Assembly: GCA_965242965.1 (NCBI GenBank)
Contig: OZ251518.1
Coordinates: forward strand, 3,008,001 to 3,072,000
Length of the DNA: 64,000 nucleotides
DNA from: Candidatus Poribacteria bacterium
GTDB lineage: Bacteria; Poribacteria; WGA-4E; WGA-3G
Reading direction: 5' to 3'
The position numbers were made by a program, and so were the translations under genes. Below, piece by piece: positions 48,059-58,074 of this stretch; the first letter of the stretch is position 1, and every line of letters starts with the position of its first letter. The notes below the pieces were generated by a model, which saw nothing but the letters and a program-made list of their open reading frames with translations, was not told the DNA's origin and searched no databases.

Positions 48059-49096
48059 CTATTCCTCTATCCAGATGTAGGTGGGCAAAGTCACTGCGGG
48101 GAACACTTCGTCGAGCAGGGCGTAGAGCAACGGATCGCCCTCTATCATCTTCTTTCGGTGCCACCTATCATGCTGGTTGTCGCCGTGAATATCATCAAAC
48201 CACTCTCCTGCACTCATAGCCCAGTATTCCCATTCGTTTGTCAGTGCATAGAGGTTGATGTCGTTATAATATCCCTCGCCTTTGAGTGCTTTCTGATAGG
48301 CGAGCGTATACGCCGTTTTCAAGCGCGTGCCCCAGTCGGGAAAGAGGTGCGGATTATCGTCAAACGCATCGTCTATGGCGTGCGCCATCTCGTGCACCAC
48401 CACACCACTACCCAGTGCTTCTTCGGGCGGATCGAGATAGCGATGATAGCCAATGCCGCCTACCGCCAAACGTCCGAAAGCACCGCCCATGTAAAAACCG
48501 GCGTAGAACGCGACTTTGCTCAACTCGTCTGGCAGATTTACATCGTGGACTCGGGAACCCACCAGCACATACCGAAATCCGTTTTCGGGCGACAGTGCCT
48601 GACGCAGCTCGGGTCGTTTCGATGTCATCGTCAAAAGAATCTGGCCCGCCACATACAGAAATTCATCGCGGACAGGGGCAGATCCAGTGCGTTCGGAAGG
48701 GGCGATAACTGCCATCCCGCCCGCATCGAGGTATTTATCGTAAAACTGCCGGCGATCCAACTGCTGACAGAAGTGGGTCGCGGGATATTCCCAAGGCACC
48801 GATACCGCCCAAGACGGCCCGACGCTGGTGTCACCGTTATCTAGCCAGTCTTGCAAAGCCTCGAGGTCTGCGTCCCAGGTACCCCACAGCGCGTCCTGAA
48901 TCTCCGGTGGTACTGGTGAGATGACCAGGTCGCTGCCGGTACCGGCTTTCACCTTGTCGTTAAGCGGTGCATCGGGCCAGAAGGTATCCTCCGGGGCAGG
49001 ATTGACGAGCAGTTCTGTGAGCATGCCGCGCTCGCCGTCAAAACACCCGGTGGTGAGGACGATGAACGTGAGCAGGTAAAACGTGAATCTTTTCAT
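48059..49096 (-). CDS. Putative lipoprotein zinc metallopeptidase (HExxH)
   Basis: Lipobox-like LTTGC; VVVHEMAHAID with downstream NEWEYWA; DPLLYALL. Confidence 0.7.
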   Translation of the reverse strand: MKRFTFYLLTFIVLTTGCFDGERGMLTELLVNPAPEDTFWPDAPLNDKVKAGTGSDLVISPVPPEIQDALWGTWDADLEALQDWLDNGDTSVGPSWAVSVPWEYPATHFCQQLDRRQFYDKYLDAGGMAVIAPSERTGSAPVRDEFLYVAGQILLTMTSKRPELRQALSPENGFRYVLVGSRVHDVNLPDELSKVAFYAGFYMGGAFGRLAVGGIGYHRYLDPPEEALGSGVVVHEMAHAIDDAFDDNPHLFPDWGTRLKTAYTLAYQKALKGEGYYNDINLYALTNEWEYWAMSAGEWFDDIHGDNQHDRWHRKKMIEGDPLLYALLDEVFPAVTLPTYIWIEE

Positions 49097-49633
49097 GAGT
49101 GTTCCTCCTGTGCCGACGATAGTATCGGCGGATAGAATTTTCCATGCACGAGGGTGCCGCCGTGCTGTCCCTGTCCGAGTGTCACGCCGAAGTTGTCTCG
49201 CATAGAAACGATGTCAAAGTCAAAAACGTGTGCAAAGAGCATTGCGCACACTTCATTGTCGCCGAAGTAGGGCGCGTGCTGTAGCATCCAGTGCACGCGC
49301 GCCGGGTGCACTGCATGAAAATATTTTGCAGGCTAGAGCCACATACCGCATCTCAGCGTTCTCAACTCGGATGCGAAGTTGTTCATGGCAGCGTTTCACT
49401 ATGAATTTTCTGACTTTTAGATAGATTCGCACGCGTCTTGGCGCATGCCGTTTTGTTGTGAGTTCCCTATGGAGGCCGCCTGCTCAATTAGTATACTTTA
49501 ACCAGCGAACGTATGTCAAGACAAAAACAGTGCCTTTTTGGTTCTCGCCATTTTATGGCTCTGGGTAGGAAAGGCGGGGCGGATACAGCACTCCGCCCCT
49601 GACAAAAAGAGAACCGGCACAAGAACCATGCAG

Positions 49634-51082
49634 CTACGCCCACCGCTCAACGACAACCTTTTTCTGCGTGAAGAAGTCAACGGCATCCCAACTCTGTCCA
49701 TGCAAGTCGCCGAAGAAACTGTCTTTCCAACCGCTGAACGGGAAGAATGCCATAGGCGCGGCGACTCCGATGTTGATACCGATGTTGCCGATTTGCGCTT
49801 CATAGCGGAACTTGCGGGCGGCGTTGCCGCTGTTGGTGAAAAGGCACGCCATGTTACCATAGCGGCCGCTATTGATAAGCGCGATGGCATCGTCAATCGT
49901 CTCAACGTGAATGAGCCCTAGCACGGGACCGAAAATTTCAGTCTGTGCGAGAGTGCCTTCTGGACGGAGATTGTTGAGCACCGTGGGTCTGATGAAATTG
50001 CCATTTTCGCCGCCGGGAATGCTCGGATGCCTGCCGTCAACGAGGAGCTGCGCGCCTTCTTCCGCCCCGTTCTGGATGAGTCCCTCAATGCGCACGCGGC
50101 TTTCCGACGTGATGACGGGCCCCATCTCCACGCCTTCGTCTAATCCGTTTCCGACGACGCGGGAGGTAGCCGTATCGGCAATGGCCTCGGTGAACCAGTT
50201 GCGTGCATCGCCGACGGTGAGCGCGAGAGAGGCGGCGAGGCAGCGTTGCCCCGCGCAGCCGAAAGCACTCTCAGCAGTGGCCGTAGCAGTGAACTGCGGC
50301 TCGGCATCGGGTAGGACAATGAGCGGATTTTTGGCACCGCCTTGGCATTGGACGCGTTTGCCGTTGGCGGCGGCTTTGGCGTAGATTGCCTTCGCTGTCG
50401 CCGTCGCGCCGACAAAACTGACAGCGCGGATGTCCGGATGTGTTAAGATGGCATCGACAGTCTCTCTGCCGCCGTTGACGAGGTTGACAACGCCTTCGGG
50501 AAGCCCGGTCTGCTCAAGCAGGCGAAACACCTTTTGCATCGTGAGCGGCACCTTTTCGGAGGGTTTGACGAGCATCGTGTTCCCGCAGGCGATGGCATAA
50601 GGGAGAAACCAGAAGGTTATCATCCCCGGAAAGTTGAAGGGCGCGATGACTGCGCACACTCCAACCGGTTGCCGAATCATGAATTCATCAATGCCGGTGG
50701 CGATATCCTCAAGGTTTGTCCCTTGCATGAGCGTAGGGATACCGCAGGCGACTTCAACGTTCTCGATGGCGCGCCGCATTTCGCCTTTCGCCTCGTCAAG
50801 TGTCTTTCCGCATTCAAGCGTAATAGTGCGCGCAATGTCGTCCAAGTTCTCCTCAAGCAGATTTTTCAACTTGAAGAGGTATTGGATACGCTGGACAGGC
50901 GGCGTTCTGCGCCAGCTATCCAACGCGGCAGTAGCAGCCGCGACGGCGTGATGCACCTCTTCAGCCGGTGATAGAGGGACTTGAGTTAGCACTTCGCCGG
51001 TCGCGGGGTTCGTCACATCAAGCAGTTCGGCGGCTGCAGAAGTTTGCCACGTGTTGTTGATGTAGTTGGGAAGTGTTTGCAT
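49634..51082 (-). CDS. iolA: CoA-acylating (methyl)malonate-semialdehyde dehydrogenase (IolA/MmsA)
   Basis: [60 protein letters not shown]. Confidence 0.9.
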   Translation of the reverse strand: MQTLPNYINNTWQTSAAAELLDVTNPATGEVLTQVPLSPAEEVHHAVAAATAALDSWRRTPPVQRIQYLFKLKNLLEENLDDIARTITLECGKTLDEAKGEMRRAIENVEVACGIPTLMQGTNLEDIATGIDEFMIRQPVGVCAVIAPFNFPGMITFWFLPYAIACGNTMLVKPSEKVPLTMQKVFRLLEQTGLPEGVVNLVNGGRETVDAILTHPDIRAVSFVGATATAKAIYAKAAANGKRVQCQGGAKNPLIVLPDAEPQFTATATAESAFGCAGQRCLAASLALTVGDARNWFTEAIADTATSRVVGNGLDEGVEMGPVITSESRVRIEGLIQNGAEEGAQLLVDGRHPSIPGGENGNFIRPTVLNNLRPEGTLAQTEIFGPVLGLIHVETIDDAIALINSGRYGNMACLFTNSGNAARKFRYEAQIGNIGINIGVAAPMAFFPFSGWKDSFFGDLHGQSWDAVDFFTQKKVVVERWA

Positions 51083-51097
51083 CGTGAGTTCCTTTTT

Positions 51098-52501
51098 TTA
51101 TCGTGATTTCTGAAAGAATTCAATCACCTTGAATTGTTCTAGAGCGGCGACAATTTGCGGGTCATGCTCTAATTCGTCGCGCGAGTTCTCGGTGATACGG
51201 GCAATCGCGTATTTAATACCGAGGTCGCTGAGGACAATCTGCTCTTCGGTGAGTGCATCGGTGAGGCGTTGGTATTGCCGCAAGAGTTTCGCCGCCTGTC
51301 TGTCATCGCGCGGCGCGCGTTCTGCCTCGGCGAGTTGCGCAAGCACGTCGTCACCGTTTTCCTCAATGAACGTGTTAAGTTGCCCGTGGTCGCGGAGTTT
51401 CAGCTGCATTAGTTGTTCAGAACGGCTGAACCACGCGGATTTGACATCCGGCGTGATGCCGACTTTGTCGATATTCGTCCCGTTCGGCGTGAAGTAGCGG
51501 GCGACAGTGAGTTTGACAGCGGCTTTGGAATTAGTCAGTTGAAAAATGCGTTGGACAGAGGCTTTTCCGAACGTTTTATCCCCCATGACGAGTCCACGCC
51601 CGTGGTCCTTGATGGCCCCGGCGACGATTTCGGAGGCACTCGCGCTGCCTCCGTTAACGAGGACGATGAGGGGGAACGCGTTATCTCGCGAGGGGCCTTT
51701 AGCGACAAAGTCCTCGCGTTTGTCAATGCCTTTGCTGTAAACGACGAGTTGTCCCTCTTGGAGAAAATCGCTGGCGATGTCCACGGATGCACTGAGGGAG
51801 CCGCCGGGGTTTAAACGCATGTCAAGGATAACGCCGCGCGCGTTGTTCTGGCTGAATTCAGTGAGCGCGTTATCTACGTCGTTCGCGGTTGTCCCCAGAA
51901 ATTGGTTCAGTTTAATATAGCCGATGTTATCGCCGATGACGTTTTTTTCCACGCTAGGGATGCGGATAACTTCACGTGTAACGGTGAGTTCAATCGGGCT
52001 GCCTGCTTCGGCGCGAATGACGGTGATAGATACGGAGGTGCCGGGTTCACCGCGCAATTGACTGACAGCATCGTCTAAGGACATCACGGCGGTGGATTCG
52101 CCTTCAATGTGGCTGATAACATCGCCGTTTTGCATGCCGGCGAGTGATGCAGGGGAGCCTTTAAACGGCGTAATCACGGTAAGGACATCGTCACGGATGC
52201 CGATAGTCATGCCGAGTCCGGCGTAATTTCCTTGGTTTTCCATGCGAAATTTCGCGTAGTCAGGCATGAGTTGACTATAGGGATCGAGCGTGCGGAGCAT
52301 CCCTTTAATCGCTCCCTCTATGAGCGTCTTCGCTTCCGGCTGATCGAGATGCGCCTGCTGTGTATGCGCTAGAGTCTCGGCGAAAAGCGCGAGGTTTGCT
52401 AACAGTTCGTCGTCCGCTGGCTCTTCGGCACTCCAGCTGAGTGGCAGAAACGCCGCTATGAGGACGAGTGATACGAGGATGTGAAAAGTGGTTTTTTTCA
52501 T
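51098..52501 (-). CDS. S41 family C-terminal processing peptidase (CtpA-like, with PDZ)
   Basis: LDPYS, PDZ (GLG..I, GSPA..AG...GD), DMRLNPGG, SASASEIVAGA, TFGKASVQ, GITPD. Confidence 0.92.
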   Translation of the reverse strand: MKKTTFHILVSLVLIAAFLPLSWSAEEPADDELLANLALFAETLAHTQQAHLDQPEAKTLIEGAIKGMLRTLDPYSQLMPDYAKFRMENQGNYAGLGMTIGIRDDVLTVITPFKGSPASLAGMQNGDVISHIEGESTAVMSLDDAVSQLRGEPGTSVSITVIRAEAGSPIELTVTREVIRIPSVEKNVIGDNIGYIKLNQFLGTTANDVDNALTEFSQNNARGVILDMRLNPGGSLSASVDIASDFLQEGQLVVYSKGIDKREDFVAKGPSRDNAFPLIVLVNGGSASASEIVAGAIKDHGRGLVMGDKTFGKASVQRIFQLTNSKAAVKLTVARYFTPNGTNIDKVGITPDVKSAWFSRSEQLMQLKLRDHGQLNTFIEENGDDVLAQLAEAERAPRDDRQAAKLLRQYQRLTDALTEEQIVLSDLGIKYAIARITENSRDELEHDPQIVAALEQFKVIEFFQKSR

Positions 52502-52539
52502 TTTTTCTTCCTATTGATGGGCGGCTATGGCCATCCGCT

Positions 52540-52655
52540 TTTTTCGTAGTGCGAGGGCCTGTCCCTCGCAAGTTGTTGATAGAGCCAGGTTTCCCTTTTT
52601 TTTCGTAGTGCGAGGGCCTGTCCCTCGCAAGTTGTTGATAGGGACAGGTTTCCCT
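52540..52655. repeat. Tandem duplication containing a TGCGAGGG/CCCTCGCA REP variant
   Basis: cgtagtgcgagggcctgtccctcgcaagttgttgatag occurs twice, about 60 bp apart. Confidence 0.85.
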
Positions 52656-52666
52656 TGTCCTACAGG

Positions 52667-53152
52667 TTAAGAGGCGTTCAATACTTTTCGTAAGGATTTG
52701 ATGATAGGGATGCGATAGGCGACGAAGGCTGCACCTGCGGTATAAACCAAATCGATGGGTGCCAGCCTGTCCCGCATCAATTCCCAAACGGAGTGTCCTT
52801 TAAAAACGGTTTTCGCGATGGGCGTGGCTTGCTCACGCGACAGTTGTTGTTCCTGCATCAATTGCTCAGTGATTTGCGCGACAGCGTTCCACTGCACATC
52901 GAGATATTTTCCGATAAAGATGCCGATGATGGCGAAGAGCGCAGCGGCGATGCTGACGAGATGCCACGCGATTTCGGTATTTTCATCGCGAGAGGCAATC
53001 GCGGCGACAAGGAGTGTTCCTACGCCTGTGAAGATGCCGATAGCGATGGCGATGAACCCGGCGGTGTTTCCTGTCCACTGGATATATTTCGCCCAGAGGA
53101 TGCCGCCGAGTATCGCGCCGATGAGTCCGCCGAGCGGCGTGAGAGTGTTCAT
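52667..53152 (-). CDS. Hypothetical membrane protein
   Basis: Three to four hydrophobic, Gly-rich segments. Confidence 0.65.
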   Translation of the reverse strand: MNTLTPLGGLIGAILGGILWAKYIQWTGNTAGFIAIAIGIFTGVGTLLVAAIASRDENTEIAWHLVSIAAALFAIIGIFIGKYLDVQWNAVAQITEQLMQEQQLSREQATPIAKTVFKGHSVWELMRDRLAPIDLVYTAGAAFVAYRIPIIKSLRKVLNAS

Positions 53153-53206
53153 GAAGTTTCCTTACTTCTCTCCGTAGCGCGGGGGCCTGTCCCCCGCGAG
53201 TTATCC

Positions 53207-54679
53207 CTACGATTCAACACGTAAGTTTGGTTTCTGCCGATGGTGCCCCGTGTTTTGCTCAAACGTATAGGCTGCGCGGAGGAGCGTCTCTTCCGCGAAC
53301 GGTGCGGCGAGGAGTTGTAAACCAACAGGCAGCCCACTTTTGACGAAACCGCACGGTAGAGAGATGCCGGGCAATCCGGCGTGACTCGCCGGTGTCGTCA
53401 TGACATCGGAGAGATACATCTGAAGCGGATCCGCAGTGCGTTCGCCGATTTTGAACGCCGGTGTCGGCGAAGTCGGTGTCGCGATGACATCAACCTGCTG
53501 AAAGGCGGCATCGAAATCGGATTTGATGAGCGTTCGCACTTTCTGCGCCTTTTTGTAGTAGGCATCTTGATAGCCGGCACTGAGCGCGAAAGTGCCGAGC
53601 ATGATGCGGCGTTTCACCTCTTGGCCGAACCCTTCGCTGCGCGTTTTTTTGTAGAGAGTGAGCAGCTCTTTTGGTTCTTCGGTTCGGTATCCGTATCGCA
53701 CACCGTCGTATCGCGCCAGATTCGCGCTCGCCTCCGCCGGGGCGATGATGTAATAGGTGGCGATGGCGTATTCGGTATGCGGGAGGGATATCTCCGCCAC
53801 GCTGGCACCGAGGCTTTCCAAAACTGCGATGGCGGCATGCACTGCGTCCGCTACTTCCGCCTCTAATCCCTCCGCGAAATACTCTTTCGGCACGCCGATT
53901 CTAAGTCCTTTCACGTCGTTGATAAGGCTTTTCGTGAAATCAGGCACCGGCACATCGACAGAGGTGGAGTCCATCGCGTCGCGGCCGCAGATAGCGTTGA
54001 GCAGCAGCGCGCAATCGGTGACATCTTTGGAAAAGGGCCCCACCTGGTCCAACGACGAGGCGAAGGCGATGAGTCCGTAGCGGGAGACGCGCCCATAAGT
54101 CGGCTTCATACCGACGACACCGCACAGCGCAGCGGGCTGCCGAATGGAGCCGCCGGTATCCGAACCGAGGGAGCAGATAGCGGCATCGGCGGCGACAACG
54201 GCGGCTGAACCACCGCTGGAACCGCCGGGGATAGTCGCCAAGTCCCACGGATTGCGCGTCACCTGATAAGCAGAGTTTTCGGTAGAGGAACCCATCGCGA
54301 ACTCGTCCATGTTGGTTTTGCCGAGCATGACAACGCCTTGTTGGTGAAGTTTCGTCATCACCGTGGCATCGTAAGGCGGCACGAAGTTTTCAAGAATTTT
54401 GGAGGCGCAAGTCGTTCGCACGCCTTTGGTGCAGAGCACGTCTTTAATAGCGATGGGAATACCGGCCAAGGGCGGCATCTCATCCCCTTTTTGGAAACCT
54501 ACGTCGGCTGCAGCCGCCTGTTGCAAGGCGCGCGCTTTCGTGAGCGTCAGGTAGCCTTTGACGTGCGGTTCGACTGCGTCAATGCGGCCGTAAACAGATT
54601 CTGTTAATTCCACTGCGGTGATGTCGCGCGCTTTGAGTTTCTCGTGGAGTGCGTGGGCAGTTAATTCGTAGAGTGACAT
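53207..54679 (-). CDS. gatA: Asp/Glu-tRNA amidotransferase subunit A
   Basis: [52 protein letters not shown]. Confidence 0.97.
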   Translation of the reverse strand: MSLYELTAHALHEKLKARDITAVELTESVYGRIDAVEPHVKGYLTLTKARALQQAAAADVGFQKGDEMPPLAGIPIAIKDVLCTKGVRTTCASKILENFVPPYDATVMTKLHQQGVVMLGKTNMDEFAMGSSTENSAYQVTRNPWDLATIPGGSSGGSAAVVAADAAICSLGSDTGGSIRQPAALCGVVGMKPTYGRVSRYGLIAFASSLDQVGPFSKDVTDCALLLNAICGRDAMDSTSVDVPVPDFTKSLINDVKGLRIGVPKEYFAEGLEAEVADAVHAAIAVLESLGASVAEISLPHTEYAIATYYIIAPAEASANLARYDGVRYGYRTEEPKELLTLYKKTRSEGFGQEVKRRIMLGTFALSAGYQDAYYKKAQKVRTLIKSDFDAAFQQVDVIATPTSPTPAFKIGERTADPLQMYLSDVMTTPASHAGLPGISLPCGFVKSGLPVGLQLLAAPFAEETLLRAAYTFEQNTGHHRQKPNLRVES

Positions 54680-54841
54680 TTTTGTATTTCCTAGCGGTTG
54701 TTTGACGTTGGCTTGGCGAAGGACTTCCGCTTAGCAGGCCGTCTTGACGTTGTCAAGACTTGCAATCTTTGGCCGTCGGATAGGCTCTCTACCTATTGTT
54801 GCGGCCTTCGCGGGGGCCTGTCCCCCGCGCTACGGTGACAT

Positions 54842-55135
54842 TCAGTCAATGACTCTCGGAACGCTGAAGTAGCCTGCTTCTGCTTCTGGGGCATTGGCGA
54901 GGACTTCTTCGCGCGGATACGAGGCTTTGACGACATCAGGCTTGAGAACGTTGTGGAGCGGACGGATGTGCGAGGTCGGCGGAACGTTCGCTGTCTCCAA
55001 TTCGTCTAACTTCCCGATGTAGTCCAAGATTCGGGCGAGTTGCGCGGTGTAGGCCTGCGTCTCTTCGTCGCTAAATTCGAGGCGTGCTAGGTTCGCGACG
55101 TGTTGCACGCCTTCGGTGGTGATAGTTGTTGACAT
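54842..55135 (-). CDS. gatC: Asp/Glu-tRNA amidotransferase subunit C
   Basis: V.HVANLARL, ILDYI..L.EL.T..V.PT, NAP....YF.VPRVI. Upstream of gatA. Confidence 0.93.
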   Translation of the reverse strand: MSTTITTEGVQHVANLARLEFSDEETQAYTAQLARILDYIGKLDELETANVPPTSHIRPLHNVLKPDVVKASYPREEVLANAPEAEAGYFSVPRVID

Positions 55136-55152
55136 ATTGTGCTCCTTGTGTC

Positions 55153-55242
55153 AGGTTCGCGAGGGACAGGCCCTCGCGCTACGGGCTGCGCGGCCTCTTC
55201 TCGTAAGGTTCGCGAGGGACAGGCCCTCGCGCTACGGGTTGC
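55153..55242. repeat. Two tandem REP copies
   Basis: aggttcgcgagggacaggccctcgcgctacggg occurs twice. Confidence 0.85.
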
Positions 55243-55269
55243 GTGGCGGCTTGCAGTATCTTCTTTGAA

Positions 55270-57435
55270 TTAAACGCGTATCAACGGCGCGGAAGATGCG
55301 GCGAATTGCCGAGATCCTCCGCGGGTGAACCGAACCGTAACGAACGCCTTCTCCCGTCTTCCGCTGACTTTGGTGATTTTCCCACGCCCGAAGTCTGGGT
55401 GAAGGACAATCTGGTTCACTTTATAGTCTGTGAAGTCGTCAGCCATATATGTTGACTCGGTTTCGCGGAAGGGAGAACGATACCTGTCTACGTGCTTGAT
55501 GAGGTGCGTCGGAATTTCGGCGATGAAGCGGGAGTGGCTGCGATACTCGGTGTCACCGTAAGTCCGCCGCTGGCGCGCGTGCACGAGATAGAGCTGCTCC
55601 ATCGCCCGCGTGATGCCGACGTAACAGAGACGGCGTTCCTCCTCCATCTCCGCCTCGCTGTCGAGAGAACGTTGGTGCGGCAAAAAGCCGTCCTCCATCC
55701 CGACGATGAAGACGAACGGGAATTCTAACCCCTTCGCGCTGTGGAGCGTCATGAGCGGCACCCTGTCTGTCCCCCCGCTCTCCATGGTATCAATATCGGC
55801 GGCGAGGGCGACGTTCTCAAGGTAATCGGCGAGACTGGGTTCAGATTCGTAACTCTCATATTCGGCGATGGCGTTGATGAGCTCCTCAATGTTTTCGACG
55901 CGGTTCTGTGCCTCAATGTTCCCAGCGCGTCCCTGCTCCTCAAGTGTTTTGAGGTAGCCAGTCTTCAGCAAGACGTAGTGGAGTGCCTCCGAGGGTAGTT
56001 CATCGGGGCCGCCGAATTCCTCGAAGATTTGCGCGAAGCGGCGCACCTTTGTCTGGATGCCGCGGTTGATTAACGCGTTCTCGCCGACGCGTTGAATTGC
56101 CGCAAAGAGAGAAATCCCTTCATCACCGGCAAAATTGATGAGGCGTTGGAGAGTTGTCGCGCCGATGCCGCGCGTGGGCACATTGATGATGCGCCGCAGA
56201 CTCATCGAGTCGTTGCGGTTGCACATCACGCGGAGGTAAGCAATCAGATCTTTGATTTCCATTCTGTCGTAGAACCCCACGCCGCCGACAATCTGATAGG
56301 GGATGTTGGCGGTGCGGAGTGCTTCCTCGAAAATGCGGGATTGCGCGTTAGTGCGATAGAAAATGGCGAAATCAGAATAGTCTACACCTTCGGCGTGCCA
56401 TTCCTCAATTTTAGTGCCGACGTAACTCGCCTCGTCGTTTTCATCGATTGCCTCGTAGCAGATGACCTGTTCGCCGATGTCATTTTTCGTCCACAACTTT
56501 TTCTCTCGGCGGCGGATGTTGTTGTGGATAACTCCCCACGCCGCGTCCAAGATATTTTGGGTGGAGCGGTAGTTCTGCTCCAGCCGTAGCACGTGCGTGT
56601 GCGGATAATCCTTCTCAAAATCGAGGATGTTTTTGATGTCCGCGCCGCGGAAAGCGTATATCGCCTGGTCATCGTCGCCGACGACGCAGATATTCTGGCG
56701 AGTGCCGGCAAGTAGGCGCGTGAGTTCATATTGGCATTGGTTGGTATCCTGATACTCGTCAACGTGGATGTATTCAAACTTGTCCTGATAGAACTGCAAC
56801 ACTTCGTCATTTGTGTTAAAGAGTTCGACGGTGAAATGCAGAAGATCATCGAAGTCCAGCGCGTTGTTTTGCCGCAGCGCGTTTTGATACATCGGGTAGA
56901 CTTGGGCGACGACGTGCTCAAAATAGCCATCGGCGCGTTTGGCGAAATCCGCCGGGGTTCGGAAATTGTTTTTGGCGCGGCTGATATGGCTGAGAATTGC
57001 GCGCGGGTTGTGTTGTTTATCGCTGAAGCCGAGTTGCCGGAGGATGTCCCGAACAAGGGTGGCTTGCTCGCCGGTGTCAAAAATAGTGAAGTGCCGGTCC
57101 AATCCCGTGCCGATTTCGCCGAGTTTCTCGATATCGCGGCGGAGGATGCGGGCGCAGGTGGCGTGGAACGTCGCTACCCATAGGTTTTTGCTGGTGCCTT
57201 CTGCCACGAGTCTGTCTAGCCGTTCCTTCATCTCGTTGGCCGCTTTGTTGGTAAACGTAACGGCGAGAATGCGGAACGGGGAGACACCCTGGTGCCTGAG
57301 CAGGTAGGCGATGCGGTGCGTAATGACGCGCGTTTTGCCGCTTCCTGCACCGGCGAGGATGAGGAGCGGGCCTTCGGTGTGTCGGATGGCTTCGCGCTGG
57401 ACATCGTTTAGAGATGCGAAGAGGTTATCGTTCAA
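55270..57435 (-). CDS. pcrA: ATP-dependent DNA helicase PcrA/UvrD
   Basis: AGAGSGKT, TFTNKAA, VDEYQDTN, VGDDDQ, EQNYRST, MTLHSAKGLEF, EEERRLCYVGITRA. Confidence 0.95.
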   Translation of the reverse strand: MNDNLFASLNDVQREAIRHTEGPLLILAGAGSGKTRVITHRIAYLLRHQGVSPFRILAVTFTNKAANEMKERLDRLVAEGTSKNLWVATFHATCARILRRDIEKLGEIGTGLDRHFTIFDTGEQATLVRDILRQLGFSDKQHNPRAILSHISRAKNNFRTPADFAKRADGYFEHVVAQVYPMYQNALRQNNALDFDDLLHFTVELFNTNDEVLQFYQDKFEYIHVDEYQDTNQCQYELTRLLAGTRQNICVVGDDDQAIYAFRGADIKNILDFEKDYPHTHVLRLEQNYRSTQNILDAAWGVIHNNIRRREKKLWTKNDIGEQVICYEAIDENDEASYVGTKIEEWHAEGVDYSDFAIFYRTNAQSRIFEEALRTANIPYQIVGGVGFYDRMEIKDLIAYLRVMCNRNDSMSLRRIINVPTRGIGATTLQRLINFAGDEGISLFAAIQRVGENALINRGIQTKVRRFAQIFEEFGGPDELPSEALHYVLLKTGYLKTLEEQGRAGNIEAQNRVENIEELINAIAEYESYESEPSLADYLENVALAADIDTMESGGTDRVPLMTLHSAKGLEFPFVFIVGMEDGFLPHQRSLDSEAEMEEERRLCYVGITRAMEQLYLVHARQRRTYGDTEYRSHSRFIAEIPTHLIKHVDRYRSPFRETESTYMADDFTDYKVNQIVLHPDFGRGKITKVSGRREKAFVTVRFTRGGSRQFAASSAPLIRV

Positions 57436-57550
57436 AAGGTGCCTCCTGAAATGATGGGGTGGCGAGGGACAGGCCCTCGCCCTACGGTAATGCGACGCGG
57501 TTCTTGTGGTTTTGCGAGGGACAGGCCCTCGCCTGATATTATCAGTTAAA

Positions 57551-57677
57551 AAGATACCACAAACTTGTGGATAATGTCAAATGTTTTTTTCTGCGTCCTC
57601 GGCGGGTGTTGTTTATGGTAACGTCGCGCGAGGGATATGAAAATATGTATGATACCACATTTTGTTGTGTTTGTCAA
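57551..57677 (-). promoter_or_regulatory. Two tandem sigma70-like promoters upstream of pcrA, one containing a DnaA-box match
   Basis: TTGACA-17-TATCAT at 57677-57649 and TTGACA-18-TATCTT at 57580-57551. TTATCCACA at 57574-57566. Confidence 0.5.
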
Positions 57678-57707
57678 ATTTATTTTTATTCTTTCTAGTG
57701 GTGGAGG

Positions 57708-57975
57708 GCTATTGACATTAAGGACCTAAAGGACCTTAGGTTTTTCGGTTCGCTGCGTGCTATAGACATGCAGGACCTAAAGGACCTGAAGAGAAAGGAG
57801 ATACGTTTTTTCTGCGTAGCGCGGGGGCCTGTCCCCCGCGATCGTTTGGTAGACCGGAGCCTGGCGAGGGACAGGCCCTCGCCCTACGGGAATGAGGGCG
57901 TTTTTCTTGCATCGAGACCGGGAGGTCTCTCCTACAAGGGGTAGTTCGCGGGGGACAGGCCCCCGCGCTACGGTG
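57708..57975. repeat. REP cluster with half CTATAG foldback
   Basis: ctatagacatgcaggacctaaaggacct plus several GTAG hairpins. Confidence 0.85.
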
Positions 57976-58004
57976 AGGAGTGGGGCGTTTTTTAGTCATG
58001 GACT

Positions 58005-58072
58005 ATAATCTTGGAAATCTTGTGAATCTTGGAAATCCTGCTCCACATCCTGCTCCACATCCTGCTTTAGAC
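58005..58072. repeat. Short tandem repeats downstream of uvrA
   Basis: 9-mers aatcttgga/aatcttgtg followed by ccacatcctgct 12-mers. Confidence 0.7.
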
Positions 58073-58074
58073 AG

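Noticed and set aside
49093-49311. 72-aa ORF upstream of the HExxH lipoprotein
   Set aside because: It has a GTG start without a clear RBS and no motifs. Its stop overlaps the next start, but that is not enough to call it.
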